From contig JBBAWW010000001.1 of the NCBI GenBank assembly GCA_040397035.1, forward strand, positions 16,960 through 80,959: a stretch of DNA of 64,000 bases, read 5' to 3'. The stretch comes from Roseiflexaceae bacterium (GTDB lineage Bacteria; Chloroflexota; Chloroflexia; Chloroflexales; Roseiflexaceae). The translations under genes and the position numbers were made by a program. Shown piece by piece: positions 1-9,597 of the stretch. Position 1 is the stretch's first letter. Each line of letters opens with the position of its first letter. Below the pieces are notes generated by a model. It was given only the letters and a program-made list of their open reading frames with translations. It was not told where the DNA came from and did no database searches.

Positions 1-772
1 CGTACGACAGATGATTGAGCACCTTGGCATGTTTGACGAGGCGCGGGTCGGTAGTCATTACGCCATCGACGTCGGTATAAATGTCGACTTCATCGGCGTC
101 TAATGCTTCCCCAAAAATAGCCCCGCTATAGTCACTGCCACCTCGGCCCAATGTGGTTATTGCACCACTGGCGGTGGCGCCGATAAAGCCGGTAATCACT
201 GGCGTGATGCCTTGGGCAAAGAGGGGCAAAATAGCCGCCTGGATTTGGTCGCGGGTTTGGGGGTAAATGGGGGCGCCGTTGCCAAATTCCGCCGTTGTTA
301 GTACCACCGTGTTGGCATCGATGGCTTGGGCTGGCGTCCCTTTGGCGTATAAGGCAGCCGCAACGAGGCGCACACTCATGCGCTCGCCAAGGCTGGCGAT
401 GGCGTCGAGGGCCCGTGGCGAGGCTTCGCCGAGGACACCGACGGCTTGGATAAGGAGTTCGTATTCACTTATCAACGTATTGATTTGTTGGGCAAGCGCC
501 GCACTTGCTGGTGTATCGCCGGCTAATTCGTGCAACGTGGTGATGTGGCGGGAACGCAATGCATCTGCACTGGTGTGGGCACTAGCTTTATCGCCCCGCG
601 CCGCTGCATTGGCTCCATTAATCAAGATATCGGTGACGCCACTCATGGCTGATACCACGACAGCCACATTATCCCATTGTGTTTTTTGATCATGCACAAT
701 CTGACAAAGCATGCCGATGGCTGCGCTACTGCCGACCGACGTGCCCCCAAATTTCATTGCAAGTACGCTCAT
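1..772 (-). CDS. lysC: aspartate kinase (N-terminal ~257 aa; C-terminus lies beyond the window edge)
   Basis: My reverse-strand translation from the ATG at 772..770 reads MSVLAMKFGGTSVGSS...GRGGSDYSGAIFG...TDVDGVMTTDPR, which are classic aspartokinase motifs. The frame stays open to position 1. It is absent from the ORF track because it is truncated. Confidence 0.88.
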   Translation of the reverse strand, partial: MSVLAMKFGGTSVGSSAAIGMLCQIVHDQKTQWDNVAVVVSAMSGVTDILINGANAAARGDKASAHTSADALRSRHITTLHELAGDTPASAALAQQINTLISEYELLIQAVGVLGEASPRALDAIASLGERMSVRLVAAALYAKGTPAQAIDANTVVLTTAEFGNGAPIYPQTRDQIQAAILPLFAQGITPVITGFIGATASGAITTLGRGGSDYSGAIFGEALDADEVDIYTDVDGVMTTDPRLVKHAKVLNHLSY

Positions 773-786
773 ATGATCCTCGTTGT

Positions 787-1833
787 TTATAATCCGAGCC
801 ATTTGACAATGGCATCGAGGTTGGCAGGAATTGCTTCGGGGGTGGCGAATTGTTCCACCGCCGTGTTGGGGTCTTTGAGGCCGTGGCCGGTCACTATTGC
901 CACATAGGTGCCGTCGCGGTCGACTTGGCCGCTCTGCACCAATTTGCGTAGCCCGGCCACGCCGGCTGCCGAGGCTGGCTCAATAAACACCGCTTCTTGG
1001 CGGGCCAAATCTCGCCATGACGCCAAAATCTCGGTGTCGGTGACTTCACCGATGATGCCTTCAGATTCATCGCGGGCGGCCACCGCTTGCTTCCAGCTGG
1101 CGGGATTGCCGATGCGGATGGCAGTGGCAATGGTTTCGGGGTAGGCGATAGGTGTGCCACGTACAATAGCCGCCGAGCCACTGGCTTCAAATCCCAGTAT
1201 GCGTGGCAAGTTTTTGATTTTGCCAGCGGCGTGGTATTGCTTGAAGCCGTGCCAATAAGCGGTAATATTGCCTGCATTACCTACCGGCAGACACAAACCA
1301 TCAGGAGCACGGCCTAGTTCATCACAAATTTCGTAAGCAGCGGTGGCTTGACCATCGATGCGGTAGGGGTTGACGGAATTGACCAGGGTCAGGGGGTGTG
1401 ATTCAGAAATTTCGCGCACAATCCGCAAGGCATCGTCAAAGTTACCATCGATAACTAACAAGCGGGCGCCATACATCAATGCCTGTGCCAATTTACCAAG
1501 GGCGATTTTGCCCGCTGGCACCACCACCACGGCTTCGATGCCGGCGCGGGCCGCATAGGCTGCGGCACTCGCTGAGGTGTTACCGGTCGAGGCACAAATC
1601 ACGCAATTAGAACCGGCTTCGACCGCTTTGGCAACGGCCATCACCATGCCACGATCTTTAAATGAGCCAGTTGGATTCATGCTTTCGAGTTTGACATACA
1701 ACTTGGCGACGCCTACGGCTGCCGCCAAACGGGGTACATCGAGGAGTGGCGTGCGCCCTTCGCCAAGTGTCAACATTGGCGTATTGGCGGTGATAGGCAG
1801 AAACTCTCGGTAGTTTGTGAGTAACATATGCAC
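787..1833 (-). CDS. thrC: threonine synthase
   Basis: 348-aa ORF with the PLP-lysine motif [10 protein letters not shown] and threonine-synthase-like sequence throughout. The start is GTG at 1833 or ATG at 1827 (AAGGTG SD just upstream). It ends 14 nt upstream of lysC. Confidence 0.9.
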   Translation of the reverse strand: MHMLLTNYREFLPITANTPMLTLGEGRTPLLDVPRLAAAVGVAKLYVKLESMNPTGSFKDRGMVMAVAKAVEAGSNCVICASTGNTSASAAAYAARAGIEAVVVVPAGKIALGKLAQALMYGARLLVIDGNFDDALRIVREISESHPLTLVNSVNPYRIDGQATAAYEICDELGRAPDGLCLPVGNAGNITAYWHGFKQYHAAGKIKNLPRILGFEASGSAAIVRGTPIAYPETIATAIRIGNPASWKQAVAARDESEGIIGEVTDTEILASWRDLARQEAVFIEPASAAGVAGLRKLVQSGQVDRDGTYVAIVTGHGLKDPNTAVEQFATPEAIPANLDAIVKWLGL

Positions 1834-1842
1834 CTTTCATAC

Positions 1843-1870
1843 AAAAACCCCCCTCCTTGTGGGAGGGGGG
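1843..1870 (-). terminator. intrinsic terminator (attenuator) between the Thr leader peptide and thrC
   Basis: The minus-strand RNA reads CCCCCCUCC-CACAA-GGAGGGGGG followed by UUUUU. This is a 9-bp almost pure G:C stem ending ~10-16 nt before the thrC start. Confidence 0.8.
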
Positions 1871-1910
1871 GGGCGACACCGGGTCGACCGAAACACCACT
1901 CACCACAACC

Positions 1911-1988
1911 CTATGCCACACCTGTAGTGGTGCGGCTGCGAGTAGTAGTAGTAGTGGTGACCATCCGGCAAATCGTTTTGTTCAACAT
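1911..1988 (-). CDS. threonine-rich leader peptide MLNKTICRMVTTTTTTRSRTTTGVA (alternative internal start at 1964: MVTTTTTTRSRTTTGVA)
   Basis: Hand translation of the C-terminal part of the 81-aa track ORF 1911..2156. It has 10 Thr in 25 codons with a run of six ACC/ACT codons. The first ATG lies 8 nt after the -10 hexamer, so a leaderless start is possible. Confidence 0.7.
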   Translation of the reverse strand: MLNKTICRMVTTTTTTRSRTTTGVA

Positions 1989-1995
1989 GATACTA

Positions 1996-2024
1996 ATAAT
2001 ACGTCCTCTTTTGTGCACTGTCAA
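1996..2024 (-). promoter_or_regulatory. sigma70-type promoter for the thr leader-thrC-lysC transcript
   Basis: Minus strand reads TTGACA (2024..2019), a 17-nt spacer, then TATTAT (2001..1996). Confidence 0.6.
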
Positions 2025-2040
2025 ATGGATAGAGATTGGG

Positions 2041-2046
2041 TATAAT
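2041..2046 (+). promoter_or_regulatory. candidate -10 box (TATAAT) for the divergent dinG-like gene
   Basis: A perfect TATAAT lies 68 nt upstream of the ATG at 2114. I saw no convincing -35. Confidence 0.3.
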
Positions 2047-2113
2047 ATGCTAATGGAATATATGCCTAGGTGTGGGCGATAGCGCCGTTTGTTGAATGAT
2101 AGGTTAGGAAAAA

Positions 2114-4960
2114 ATGATGTACGACGCAACCATGGTTGCCATTGATGTTGAAGCAACCGGTTTAAGTGATATTGACGATGAAGTTATTGAAGTCGCCGCG
2201 GTACGCTTTCGTGGCTTGACTGAAGTCGACCATTACACCACCTTGGTCAAACCGAGCGTTGCAATCCCCTTCAAAATCTCGCGCATCACCAATATTACCG
2301 ATGCCATGGTGGCCGACAAACCCACCTTTGCCGAAGTACGCGCCCAGCTCAAGGCCTTTATCGGCGATGATCCGGTGCTAGGGCACAGTGTCGATTTCGA
2401 TGTACGGATGCTGGCTGGCTCGGGACTACGCCTCAAACAACCCGCCATCGATACCTTTGAGCTCGCCACCTTGGTGACACCCAATGCCGGTAGCTTTAAG
2501 TTGACTGATTTAGTCAAAAAACTAGGCGTGACGGTGCAAGACGACGGTGATGCCCACCGCGCCTTGTACGATGCGCGGCTGGCCCAGCGCCTTTTTTGTC
2601 GCTTGTATGAATTACTCATCGACAATGACATGGCGTTGATTGAAGAAGTACTGCGTATCACCCGCACCCTGCCCAATTGGCCACTACGTCCAATCTTTGC
2701 CCAAGCGTTGAGTGATGTGGCCAAAGCGTCGTTTGGCAAAAACAAGCCCCGCCGCGTGCGCTCGCTCGATGACTACATCCCCCTCGAGCCTACCAATTCG
2801 TCGACACCGATTCGTAATACCACCATCGAAAAAATATTTTCGACCACAGGGGTGTTGGGGCGCATGTTCCCCGGCTACGAACAACGCGAACCACAAGTCA
2901 CCATGTCCACAGCCGTCGCCGAAGCCTTCAATACGGGCGATCATCTCATCGTCGAAGCAGGCACTGGTACTGGCAAAGGCCTAGCCTATCTCGTTCCGGC
3001 TGCTTTGCATGCACTCGAACGTGGCCAACGGGTGGTATTGACCACCCATACGATTAACCTGCAAGACCAATTGTTTTTCAAAGATATCCCCGCCCTCACC
3101 AAAATCTTTGATGCCGAACGGGCAGCCGGCAATACCCAAATCCCCGATATTGATTTGCAATCGGCGCTACTCAAGGGCCGTAGCAACTATCTGTGTATGC
3201 GCCGCCTCGATGAAGCCAAAGTCATTGGCGGTACCACTGATGACGACACCAAATCGTTGCTCAAAGTGGCCATGTGGGCCACCAAAACCGACGCCGGTGA
3301 CCGCAACGAAATTGCCTTGTTTGACCGCGAAATGGTAACCTGGAACCGTTTGCATGCCGGCTTTGATATGTGCAATGGTCCCGCCTGTGCCTATTTCGAC
3401 CAATGTTGGTTCTTTTTGGCGCGCCGCCAGGCCGAAGCTGCCCATTTGGTGGTGGTGAATCATGCCTTGATGTTGATTGATATGGTATTGGAATCTCCCA
3501 TTTTGCCACCCTATGACCACGTGGTCATCGACGAAGCGCACAACCTCGAAGACGTCGCCACCGATCAATTCGGTTGGCGCCTCGATTACAGTGACGTCAT
3601 TACCTTTTTTGACAGTATGATTCACGAAGGTGGCCAGATGCAAGCCGAGGGCTTACTGCTGCGCTTGCCGACGTTCCTTAAGGGCAGTACCGCCGGTCGC
3701 GACGTGAGTGAGCAGATGGCAAGGATTGTGGAGCGTACCAATCCATCCATCGAACGCGCCCGCACCCAGATCCGCGAATTGTTTGATCTGATGAGCATTG
3801 TGATGCTCCAAGAAGCCGAAACCAATAGCTACGACACCCGGCTGCGGATTACCGCTGCCACCCGTCGCTTGAGTAAATGGCAACCTATCCTGCCGGCATG
3901 GGAAAATGTAGCCTTGTCGTTTCGCAGTATTGCCCTGCAACTCAACGACCTCACCCAACTCGTCGATGCCCTCGCCGACGCCAATATCGTCGATTACGAA
4001 GCGCTGGCGAGCCAAACTAAATCGCTCAATCGTTTTGTACTCGACTTCAACATGAATATGGCTAGTTTTATCCATGGCGAAGACACCAATCTGATTACCT
4101 GGATGCTCCAAGCCCGTAATCGCGATGAATTGCAACTCGCCATCGCACCACTCGAAGTAGCCAGTTTGCTCCGTGAGCGCTTGTTTGACAAAAAGAAGAG
4201 CGTAATCCTGACGTCGGCCACCTTGTCAGTCAATAATCGCTTTGACTATGTACAACAGCGTCTCGGGGTAGACACCGACCACCACATCCAACTCGATTCT
4301 CCCTACGACTACGAAGACCAAGTGCTGTTGTATCTCCCCCAAGACATGCCCGAACCCAAAGATTTTGAGTACCAACAAGTCCTCGAACAAGCGATTGTCG
4401 ATACCGCCATTGCGGCGTCAGGACGCACGCTGGTGCTGTTTACCTCGACGAGTTCACTGCGTACCACCTACAACGCCGTCTATGAAAAATTGGCTGAACA
4501 GGGGATTAATCTATTAGGCCAAAATATGGATGGCTCACGTAAATTGATTTTGGAGCGCTTCAAAACTGAACCGCGCAGTGTGTTATTTGGCACGTCAAGC
4601 TTCTGGGAAGGGGTCGATGTGGTTGGTGATGCCTTGTCGGCCTTGATTATCACCAAACTGCCTTTTGCAGTGCCCAGCGATCCCATATATGCGGCCCGGT
4701 CAGAACAATTTAGCGACGCCTTTAACGAGTATTCGTTGCCACAGTCGATTTTGAAGTTCAAACAAGGGTTTGGCCGGCTAGTCCGCGCCAAAGACGACCG
4801 CGGGATTGTCATCGCGCTCGATCGACGTTTGACCAGCAAAAAATACGGGCAACAATTTTTGCAATCGTTGCCCGCAACTACGGTGCGCACAGGTCCTATT
4901 CGAGCGGTCGCCTCGTTGGTGCGCCGCACGGTTACTCCGCCGGCGTCGCAGCCGGAGTAA
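2114..4960 (+). CDS. dinG: DinG-family ATP-dependent helicase with N-terminal DnaQ-like 3'-5' exonuclease domain
   Basis: 948 aa. N-terminal DEDD-type motif VAIDVEATGL...EVIEVAAV...H.ALYDA, Walker A AGTGTGKG, DEAH box VIDEAHNLED, and a four-Cys Fe-S cluster region (CMRR...CNGPACAYFDQC). Confidence 0.85.
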   Translation: MMYDATMVAIDVEATGLSDIDDEVIEVAAVRFRGLTEVDHYTTLVKPSVAIPFKISRITNITDAMVADKPTFAEVRAQLKAFIGDDPVLGHSVDFDVRMLAGSGLRLKQPAIDTFELATLVTPNAGSFKLTDLVKKLGVTVQDDGDAHRALYDARLAQRLFCRLYELLIDNDMALIEEVLRITRTLPNWPLRPIFAQALSDVAKASFGKNKPRRVRSLDDYIPLEPTNSSTPIRNTTIEKIFSTTGVLGRMFPGYEQREPQVTMSTAVAEAFNTGDHLIVEAGTGTGKGLAYLVPAALHALERGQRVVLTTHTINLQDQLFFKDIPALTKIFDAERAAGNTQIPDIDLQSALLKGRSNYLCMRRLDEAKVIGGTTDDDTKSLLKVAMWATKTDAGDRNEIALFDREMVTWNRLHAGFDMCNGPACAYFDQCWFFLARRQAEAAHLVVVNHALMLIDMVLESPILPPYDHVVIDEAHNLEDVATDQFGWRLDYSDVITFFDSMIHEGGQMQAEGLLLRLPTFLKGSTAGRDVSEQMARIVERTNPSIERARTQIRELFDLMSIVMLQEAETNSYDTRLRITAATRRLSKWQPILPAWENVALSFRSIALQLNDLTQLVDALADANIVDYEALASQTKSLNRFVLDFNMNMASFIHGEDTNLITWMLQARNRDELQLAIAPLEVASLLRERLFDKKKSVILTSATLSVNNRFDYVQQRLGVDTDHHIQLDSPYDYEDQVLLYLPQDMPEPKDFEYQQVLEQAIVDTAIAASGRTLVLFTSTSSLRTTYNAVYEKLAEQGINLLGQNMDGSRKLILERFKTEPRSVLFGTSSFWEGVDVVGDALSALIITKLPFAVPSDPIYAARSEQFSDAFNEYSLPQSILKFKQGFGRLVRAKDDRGIVIALDRRLTSKKYGQQFLQSLPATTVRTGPIRAVASLVRRTVTPPASQPE

Positions 4961-6761
4961 CCAAGCTCGCAAATTGGCGTTGATACAAATCGGCGTACAT
5001 GCCACCGGCAGCCATGAGTTGATCATGGCTGCCGATTTCCATGACTTTGCCATGGTCGAGCACCACAATCCGGTCGGCACCACGAATGGTCGAGAGCCGG
5101 TGGGCGATGACGAAGCTGGTACGACCACGCAACAACCGCTCTAGTGCTTGCTGAATCAAGACTTCGGTGCGGGTGTCGACGCTACTGGTGGCTTCGTCGA
5201 GGATCAAAATATTTGGTTTGGCCAAAATCGCCCGCGCAATCCCAATCAATTGCCGTTGCCCTTGGCTGAGTGCTACCCCTTTGGCGCCGAGGATGGTGTC
5301 GTAGCCTTGGGGGAGTGACATGATGAGCTCATGGGCGTTGGCATCTGTAGCCGCGGCGATGACGTCGTCGTCTGTGGCATCGAGTTTGCCGTAACGGATG
5401 TTTTCTTTGACGCTATCCGAAAACAAGAAGGTTTCTTGCAGTACCATGCTCATCTGATGGCGCAGTGGTGTGAGCTGATATTCGCTGACATTGACCCCAT
5501 CAATCGCCACGCTGCCTTGGGTCACATCGTAGAGGCGGGAGATGAGCGACACTAATGAAGTTTTGCCCGAGCCAGTCGGTCCGACCAACGCGATCATTTC
5601 ACCGGGTTTCACCTGTAAGCTGACATCTTGTAGCACCCAATCGGCGTCACCGCTCTGGCCTTGACGGGCGTCGTAGCGGAACCAAACGTGGTCGAAGGTG
5701 ACCGCGCCGTCGATATGGGTAACTGGAAGTTGCGTAGGCAATTCTGGCATGTCGACGGGATGATCGATCAGGTTAAATGTTCGTTCCGCCGCTGCCAAGG
5801 CTGATTGCGCGGTTGTATAAAACTGTGACAACGCTTGGATGGGACGAAAAAAGAAAGCTACGTACGACAAAAACGCCACCACAATTCCTGGGGTGACTTG
5901 ATCCTGCAATACCAAATAGCCGCCGTAGCCGGCCACAATCGCAATCCCGAGGGCAGCTAGTACATCGACGAGCGGTCCAAAGGCGGCGGTGATGGCGGTC
6001 GCGCTGACGTTGGCGTCGCGGTTGGCAGCATTGCGTTGCGAAAAACGCTCACGGTTGACGTCGGTACGGGTAAAGGCTTGGGCCACTTTGACGCCGGCGA
6101 TTTCTTCTTGGATGTCGGACGAGACATCTCCAATCGACTCACGGGTTTTGCGGAAGGCCCGCCGAGCTGAGGCCGCAAACAACTGAGTCATGATAAACAG
6201 TACGGGGATGAGCAAGAAGCTGGCAATCGACAGCCGCCAATCGAGCAATACCATGGCGATGACAATCCCTACCAAGGTAAACAAGTTGCCGATAATCATT
6301 ACCAGCCCTTGGCCCAGCAGTTGGGTGATGACATCGATATCGTTGACGATGCGTGACATCAAGTCGCCGGCCGGGTTTTTGTCAAAAAACCGCAACGACA
6401 ATTTTTGCAGATGACCAAACAATTCACTGCGCATGTGTGCGATGGTGCGTTGGCCGACTTGTCCCATGTATTGAAAGGTCAGGCGTGAGGAAATCGCTCC
6501 CACCACATAAAAAACGAGCAGCACCACCATGTATTGCCACAGCAAGGTGGTGTTTTTGGTGCCAATCGCTTTGTCAACCGTCATGCCAATCAAAATAGGT
6601 GCGCCGGCTTGGGTAATGGCGCCAATAATGGACAAAAAGATAATTCCCACAAAGTTACGCCAATAGGGCGCCAAATATACGCCAAGGCGCTTGGCAGTCA
6701 CACTCGTATTGGCCGCCTTCCCTTCGGGAAGTTCAGCAATGCCTTGTATGCCTCTCCACAT
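4932..6761 (-). CDS. ABC exporter, fused permease/ATPase half-transporter (MsbA/MDR type)
   Basis: 609 aa with six predicted TM segments followed by an NBD: Walker A GPTGSGKTS, signature LSQGQRQ, Walker B ILILDEATS. The start overlaps the upstream stop by 1 nt (TAATG). Confidence 0.88.
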   Translation of the reverse strand: MWRGIQGIAELPEGKAANTSVTAKRLGVYLAPYWRNFVGIIFLSIIGAITQAGAPILIGMTVDKAIGTKNTTLLWQYMVVLLVFYVVGAISSRLTFQYMGQVGQRTIAHMRSELFGHLQKLSLRFFDKNPAGDLMSRIVNDIDVITQLLGQGLVMIIGNLFTLVGIVIAMVLLDWRLSIASFLLIPVLFIMTQLFAASARRAFRKTRESIGDVSSDIQEEIAGVKVAQAFTRTDVNRERFSQRNAANRDANVSATAITAAFGPLVDVLAALGIAIVAGYGGYLVLQDQVTPGIVVAFLSYVAFFFRPIQALSQFYTTAQSALAAAERTFNLIDHPVDMPELPTQLPVTHIDGAVTFDHVWFRYDARQGQSGDADWVLQDVSLQVKPGEMIALVGPTGSGKTSLVSLISRLYDVTQGSVAIDGVNVSEYQLTPLRHQMSMVLQETFLFSDSVKENIRYGKLDATDDDVIAAATDANAHELIMSLPQGYDTILGAKGVALSQGQRQLIGIARAILAKPNILILDEATSSVDTRTEVLIQQALERLLRGRTSFVIAHRLSTIRGADRIVVLDHGKVMEIGSHDQLMAAGGMYADLYQRQFASLVTPAATPAE

Positions 6762-8509
6762 TAGATGACTCCTTCGTGGGCTAATTGATGGCCAAATTGT
6801 GAATCAATGATGTCGCCGTATACCGCATTGTCACGCAACAAATCGTCGTGACTCCCTTGGCCGATAATTTTGCCGCCGTCAAGCAACAAAATAACATCGG
6901 CATTGCGCACCGTGCTGATACGTTGGGCGATGACGAACGAGGTGCGGTTGTGCATTAAATCGTCGAGTGCTTGTTGGATTTTGAATTCAGTCTCGGCATC
7001 GACGGCCGAGGTACTATCGTCGAGGATCAGGATTTTGGGATCAAGCAACAATGCCCGGGCGATGGCAATGCGTTGGCGTTGACCGCCTGACAACCCCACG
7101 CCCTTTTCGCCCACAATCGTATCGTAACCTTGGGGAAGTTCTTGGATGTAGGCGTCGGCTTGGGCCCGCTTGGCGGCCTCGAGCACCTCGGCATCACTGG
7201 CATCGGGTCTGCCATAGGCGATGTTGGCGCGGATGGTGCCACTAAACAACGTCGTTTCTTGGAGTACGATGCCGATTTGACTCCGCAAACTATCGAGCGT
7301 CACGCTGCGCACATCGTGATCGTCGATGATGATGGCACCACTGTTGGCGTCATAGAAGCGGGGAATGAGATTGATGAGTGAACTTTTGCCGCTGCCTGTC
7401 GTGCCAAGGATGGCCACCGTCGTCCCAGCGGGAATATCAAACGACACCCCATCGAGGACTTTATTGGCGGAGCCGGCATAACGCAACGTGACATTGTCGA
7501 AGCGCACATGGCCTTGAACCGCGGGCATCACGATGGCGTTGGGACTGTCTTCGACATCTTGTTTGGTATCGAGCAACTCAAAAATACGCTCGTTGCTGAC
7601 ACTAGCGCGGGTGATTTGGGCAGCAATCATGCCCAGCATGAACAACGGTTGGAACAACAACGACAGGTAGGTGGTAAAGGCAATCAATTCGCCGATACTA
7701 ATTTCGCCACTCATGGTTTTGTAGCCACCAACCCACAAAATCCCCAACGTCCCCAAATTGTTGATGAGAAAAATAATTGGGAATGAGCTGGCGATTGCGA
7801 CCACTGATTTGAGATTCATCTCCAGCAGGGATTCATTTTTGACGGCAAAACGCGCTTCTTCGTGGGCTTCACGACCAAACACTTTCACCAACCGCGCGCC
7901 ACTGATGTTTTCTTGGAGCACGACATTGAGCATACCGAGGCGCTCTTGGATGACCGAAAACATCGGCCGCACCACTTGCATGAAGTAGCCGAGTACCACC
8001 ATCGACGGCGGGATGAAAACCAATGCCACCAGCGCCAATTGCCAATTCATAGAGAAGAGCGCATACAGGCTGCCAACCAAGAGCATCAATGCACTGATGA
8101 ATTGTAACAACGCCGAGGCCACAAACGAGCGTACTTGCTCGACGTCGCTGGTGAGGCGTGTCATCAGTTGCCCGGCTTGGGTGCGGTCGTGATAGGCAAA
8201 GCTGAGGGTTTGGATTTTTTCAAACAAATTGTTGCGCAAATCAAACGCAAATGACTGCGAGACTTTTTCGGACCAATAGCTCTGGGTAAATCCAAACAGG
8301 CCACGGACAATGGCTAACCCGACGAGTAATAGGGTGCCCGACAAAATCGGTGCCCACGCCCGCGCCGATATCCCATCGTCGAGTACAGAACGGAGAATCA
8401 TCGGGCTGACGAGATTGGCACCGGTGCTCAACACGAGACTGAGCCAGGCACCAGTAAACAAAAGCCAATGGGGTTTGAGTAGGCTGAGCATGCGGCGAAA
8501 TAGCAGCAT
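6761..8509 (-). CDS. ABC exporter, fused permease/ATPase half-transporter (heterodimer partner)
   Basis: Walker A GTTGSGKSS, signature LSGGQRQR, Walker B ILILDDSTS. I prefer the ATG at 8509 (MLLFRRML, AAGGAG SD 5 nt upstream) over the track start at 8578. Confidence 0.85.
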   Translation of the reverse strand: MLLFRRMLSLLKPHWLLFTGAWLSLVLSTGANLVSPMILRSVLDDGISARAWAPILSGTLLLVGLAIVRGLFGFTQSYWSEKVSQSFAFDLRNNLFEKIQTLSFAYHDRTQAGQLMTRLTSDVEQVRSFVASALLQFISALMLLVGSLYALFSMNWQLALVALVFIPPSMVVLGYFMQVVRPMFSVIQERLGMLNVVLQENISGARLVKVFGREAHEEARFAVKNESLLEMNLKSVVAIASSFPIIFLINNLGTLGILWVGGYKTMSGEISIGELIAFTTYLSLLFQPLFMLGMIAAQITRASVSNERIFELLDTKQDVEDSPNAIVMPAVQGHVRFDNVTLRYAGSANKVLDGVSFDIPAGTTVAILGTTGSGKSSLINLIPRFYDANSGAIIIDDHDVRSVTLDSLRSQIGIVLQETTLFSGTIRANIAYGRPDASDAEVLEAAKRAQADAYIQELPQGYDTIVGEKGVGLSGGQRQRIAIARALLLDPKILILDDSTSAVDAETEFKIQQALDDLMHNRTSFVIAQRISTVRNADVILLLDGGKIIGQGSHDDLLRDNAVYGDIIDSQFGHQLAHEGVI

Positions 8510-8596
8510 GGTAACTCCTTTGTAAAGCGAAATGACTCTTGTTGCTATTGTAATGAAATATACCGGCGTGTGCCTCAATCGTTTGGATGATTTTTG

Positions 8597-9322
8597 TTAA
8601 TACGGTTGGGCAAGCCTATCGTTACTCCCACTCATCCACCGCTCCCACGGTGACGGACGATGCGCCCGAAATGTACGTCCATACCATTGGTCATGGTCCG
8701 CCTGCGACGGGAATATGGGGGCATAACAGCGCGTACTAAAGATCCGCAAAAACTCCGATCGCGCCAATGTGCGATTGCCCGGGTAGTCTTCGCCAATTCC
8801 GTCGCCATCACGATCCACGTTGTTGGCATCGATTTTGAAGTCACCCAGCGCCGGCCATTGACTGTCAATCAGATAATATTCACGTCGCGCCTGACCGTTT
8901 TTATCAACAAAATAATCACTATACCCCACCAGTACCACCGCATGTTGTCCAAATACCCGCGTAAATCCTACTTGGCGTGCGGTGTAAATATCGATGATAC
9001 AAGGGATGCCCATGTCTATTAGTTGACATAACACAAATTCGCAATTTGTATACCGTAGGTTCCCAAAATGACTACCATAGCCCCGTTTACGCAATTGCCA
9101 GACTTTGAGGGCGGGTACCGTACCCCCCAGATTTGGTTGAAAAAGAGGGCCGACTTCGCGAATAAATTCTGCCGGGGTATGGATAAATGCCGCCGCCCGG
9201 GTATTGAGCACATTGGCAAGTGAAGTAAAACTACAGGCGTTGCGGATTTGGCCGACGACGGGCCAGGTGCTGGTGGGGCCGCTAAATACGCTATGGACGT
9301 AGGGGGGGAATTGGAGCGTCAT
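8597..9322 (-). CDS. papain-fold (C39-like) cysteine peptidase-like protein, cytoplasmic
   Basis: Candidate catalytic residues: Gln/Cys in QIRNACSF, His in GQHAVVLVGY, Asp in YLIDSQWP. No signal peptide. Preferred start is ATG 9322 (AAAGAGGTGA SD). It lies directly upstream of the two ABC half-transporters. Confidence 0.5.
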   Translation of the reverse strand: MTLQFPPYVHSVFSGPTSTWPVVGQIRNACSFTSLANVLNTRAAAFIHTPAEFIREVGPLFQPNLGGTVPALKVWQLRKRGYGSHFGNLRYTNCEFVLCQLIDMGIPCIIDIYTARQVGFTRVFGQHAVVLVGYSDYFVDKNGQARREYYLIDSQWPALGDFKIDANNVDRDGDGIGEDYPGNRTLARSEFLRIFSTRCYAPIFPSQADHDQWYGRTFRAHRPSPWERWMSGSNDRLAQPY

Positions 9323-9399
9323 AGTCACCTCTTTGACAGATGATTGTTTATTCAATTATACTGCCATGGCAGCGAAAGCTGTAACAAGTACATAAATGA

Positions 9400-9520
9400 T
9401 AAAGTGACCCGCTAGCCCGGATGCTAGGGCGTTAAGGTGGAAGACGGTGAGAGTCCGTCGCTGTGCCGCAACTGTAAGTATCGCTCGCCGATACAAGTCA
9501 GGAAACCTGCTTTATCACGT
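9400..9520 (+). promoter_or_regulatory. cobalamin (B12) riboswitch aptamer
   Basis: Conserved core GGTGGAAGACGGTGAGAGTCCGTCGCTGTGCCGCAACTGTAAG and a B12-box-like AGTCAGGAAACCTGC at 9496..9510. It is positioned upstream of a btuFCD-like operon. Confidence 0.8.
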
Positions 9521-9597
9521 ACGTGGATTTGACCTTCTCGCGCGAGGGAGGTGCCATGAAGACACAACACGTCTATGGACGGCGGTTGGTCGCATTG

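Noticed and set aside
267-689. A 140-aa plus-strand ORF at the left edge.
   Set aside because: It lies antisense inside the clearly recognisable aspartate kinase reading frame on the minus strand. Its Ala/Arg/Ser-rich, low-complexity composition is typical of a shadow ORF.
1911-2156. An 81-aa minus-strand ORF spanning the thrC/dinG intergenic region.
   Set aside because: It would run through the promoter region and into the dinG start. Only its last 17-25 codons, downstream of a consensus promoter, make sense as a Thr leader peptide.
3167-4135. Two ~160-aa minus-strand ORFs inside dinG.
   Set aside because: They are antisense to a well-supported helicase frame and have no recognisable motifs.
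2114-4960. The DinG-exonuclease fusion as part of an anti-phage defence system.
   Set aside because: It is a single gene with no partner genes (no CRISPR/Cas, nuclease or methylase neighbours), flanked by housekeeping thr genes and an ABC exporter. The same fusion is the ordinary DinG form in many Gram-positive-type bacteria.
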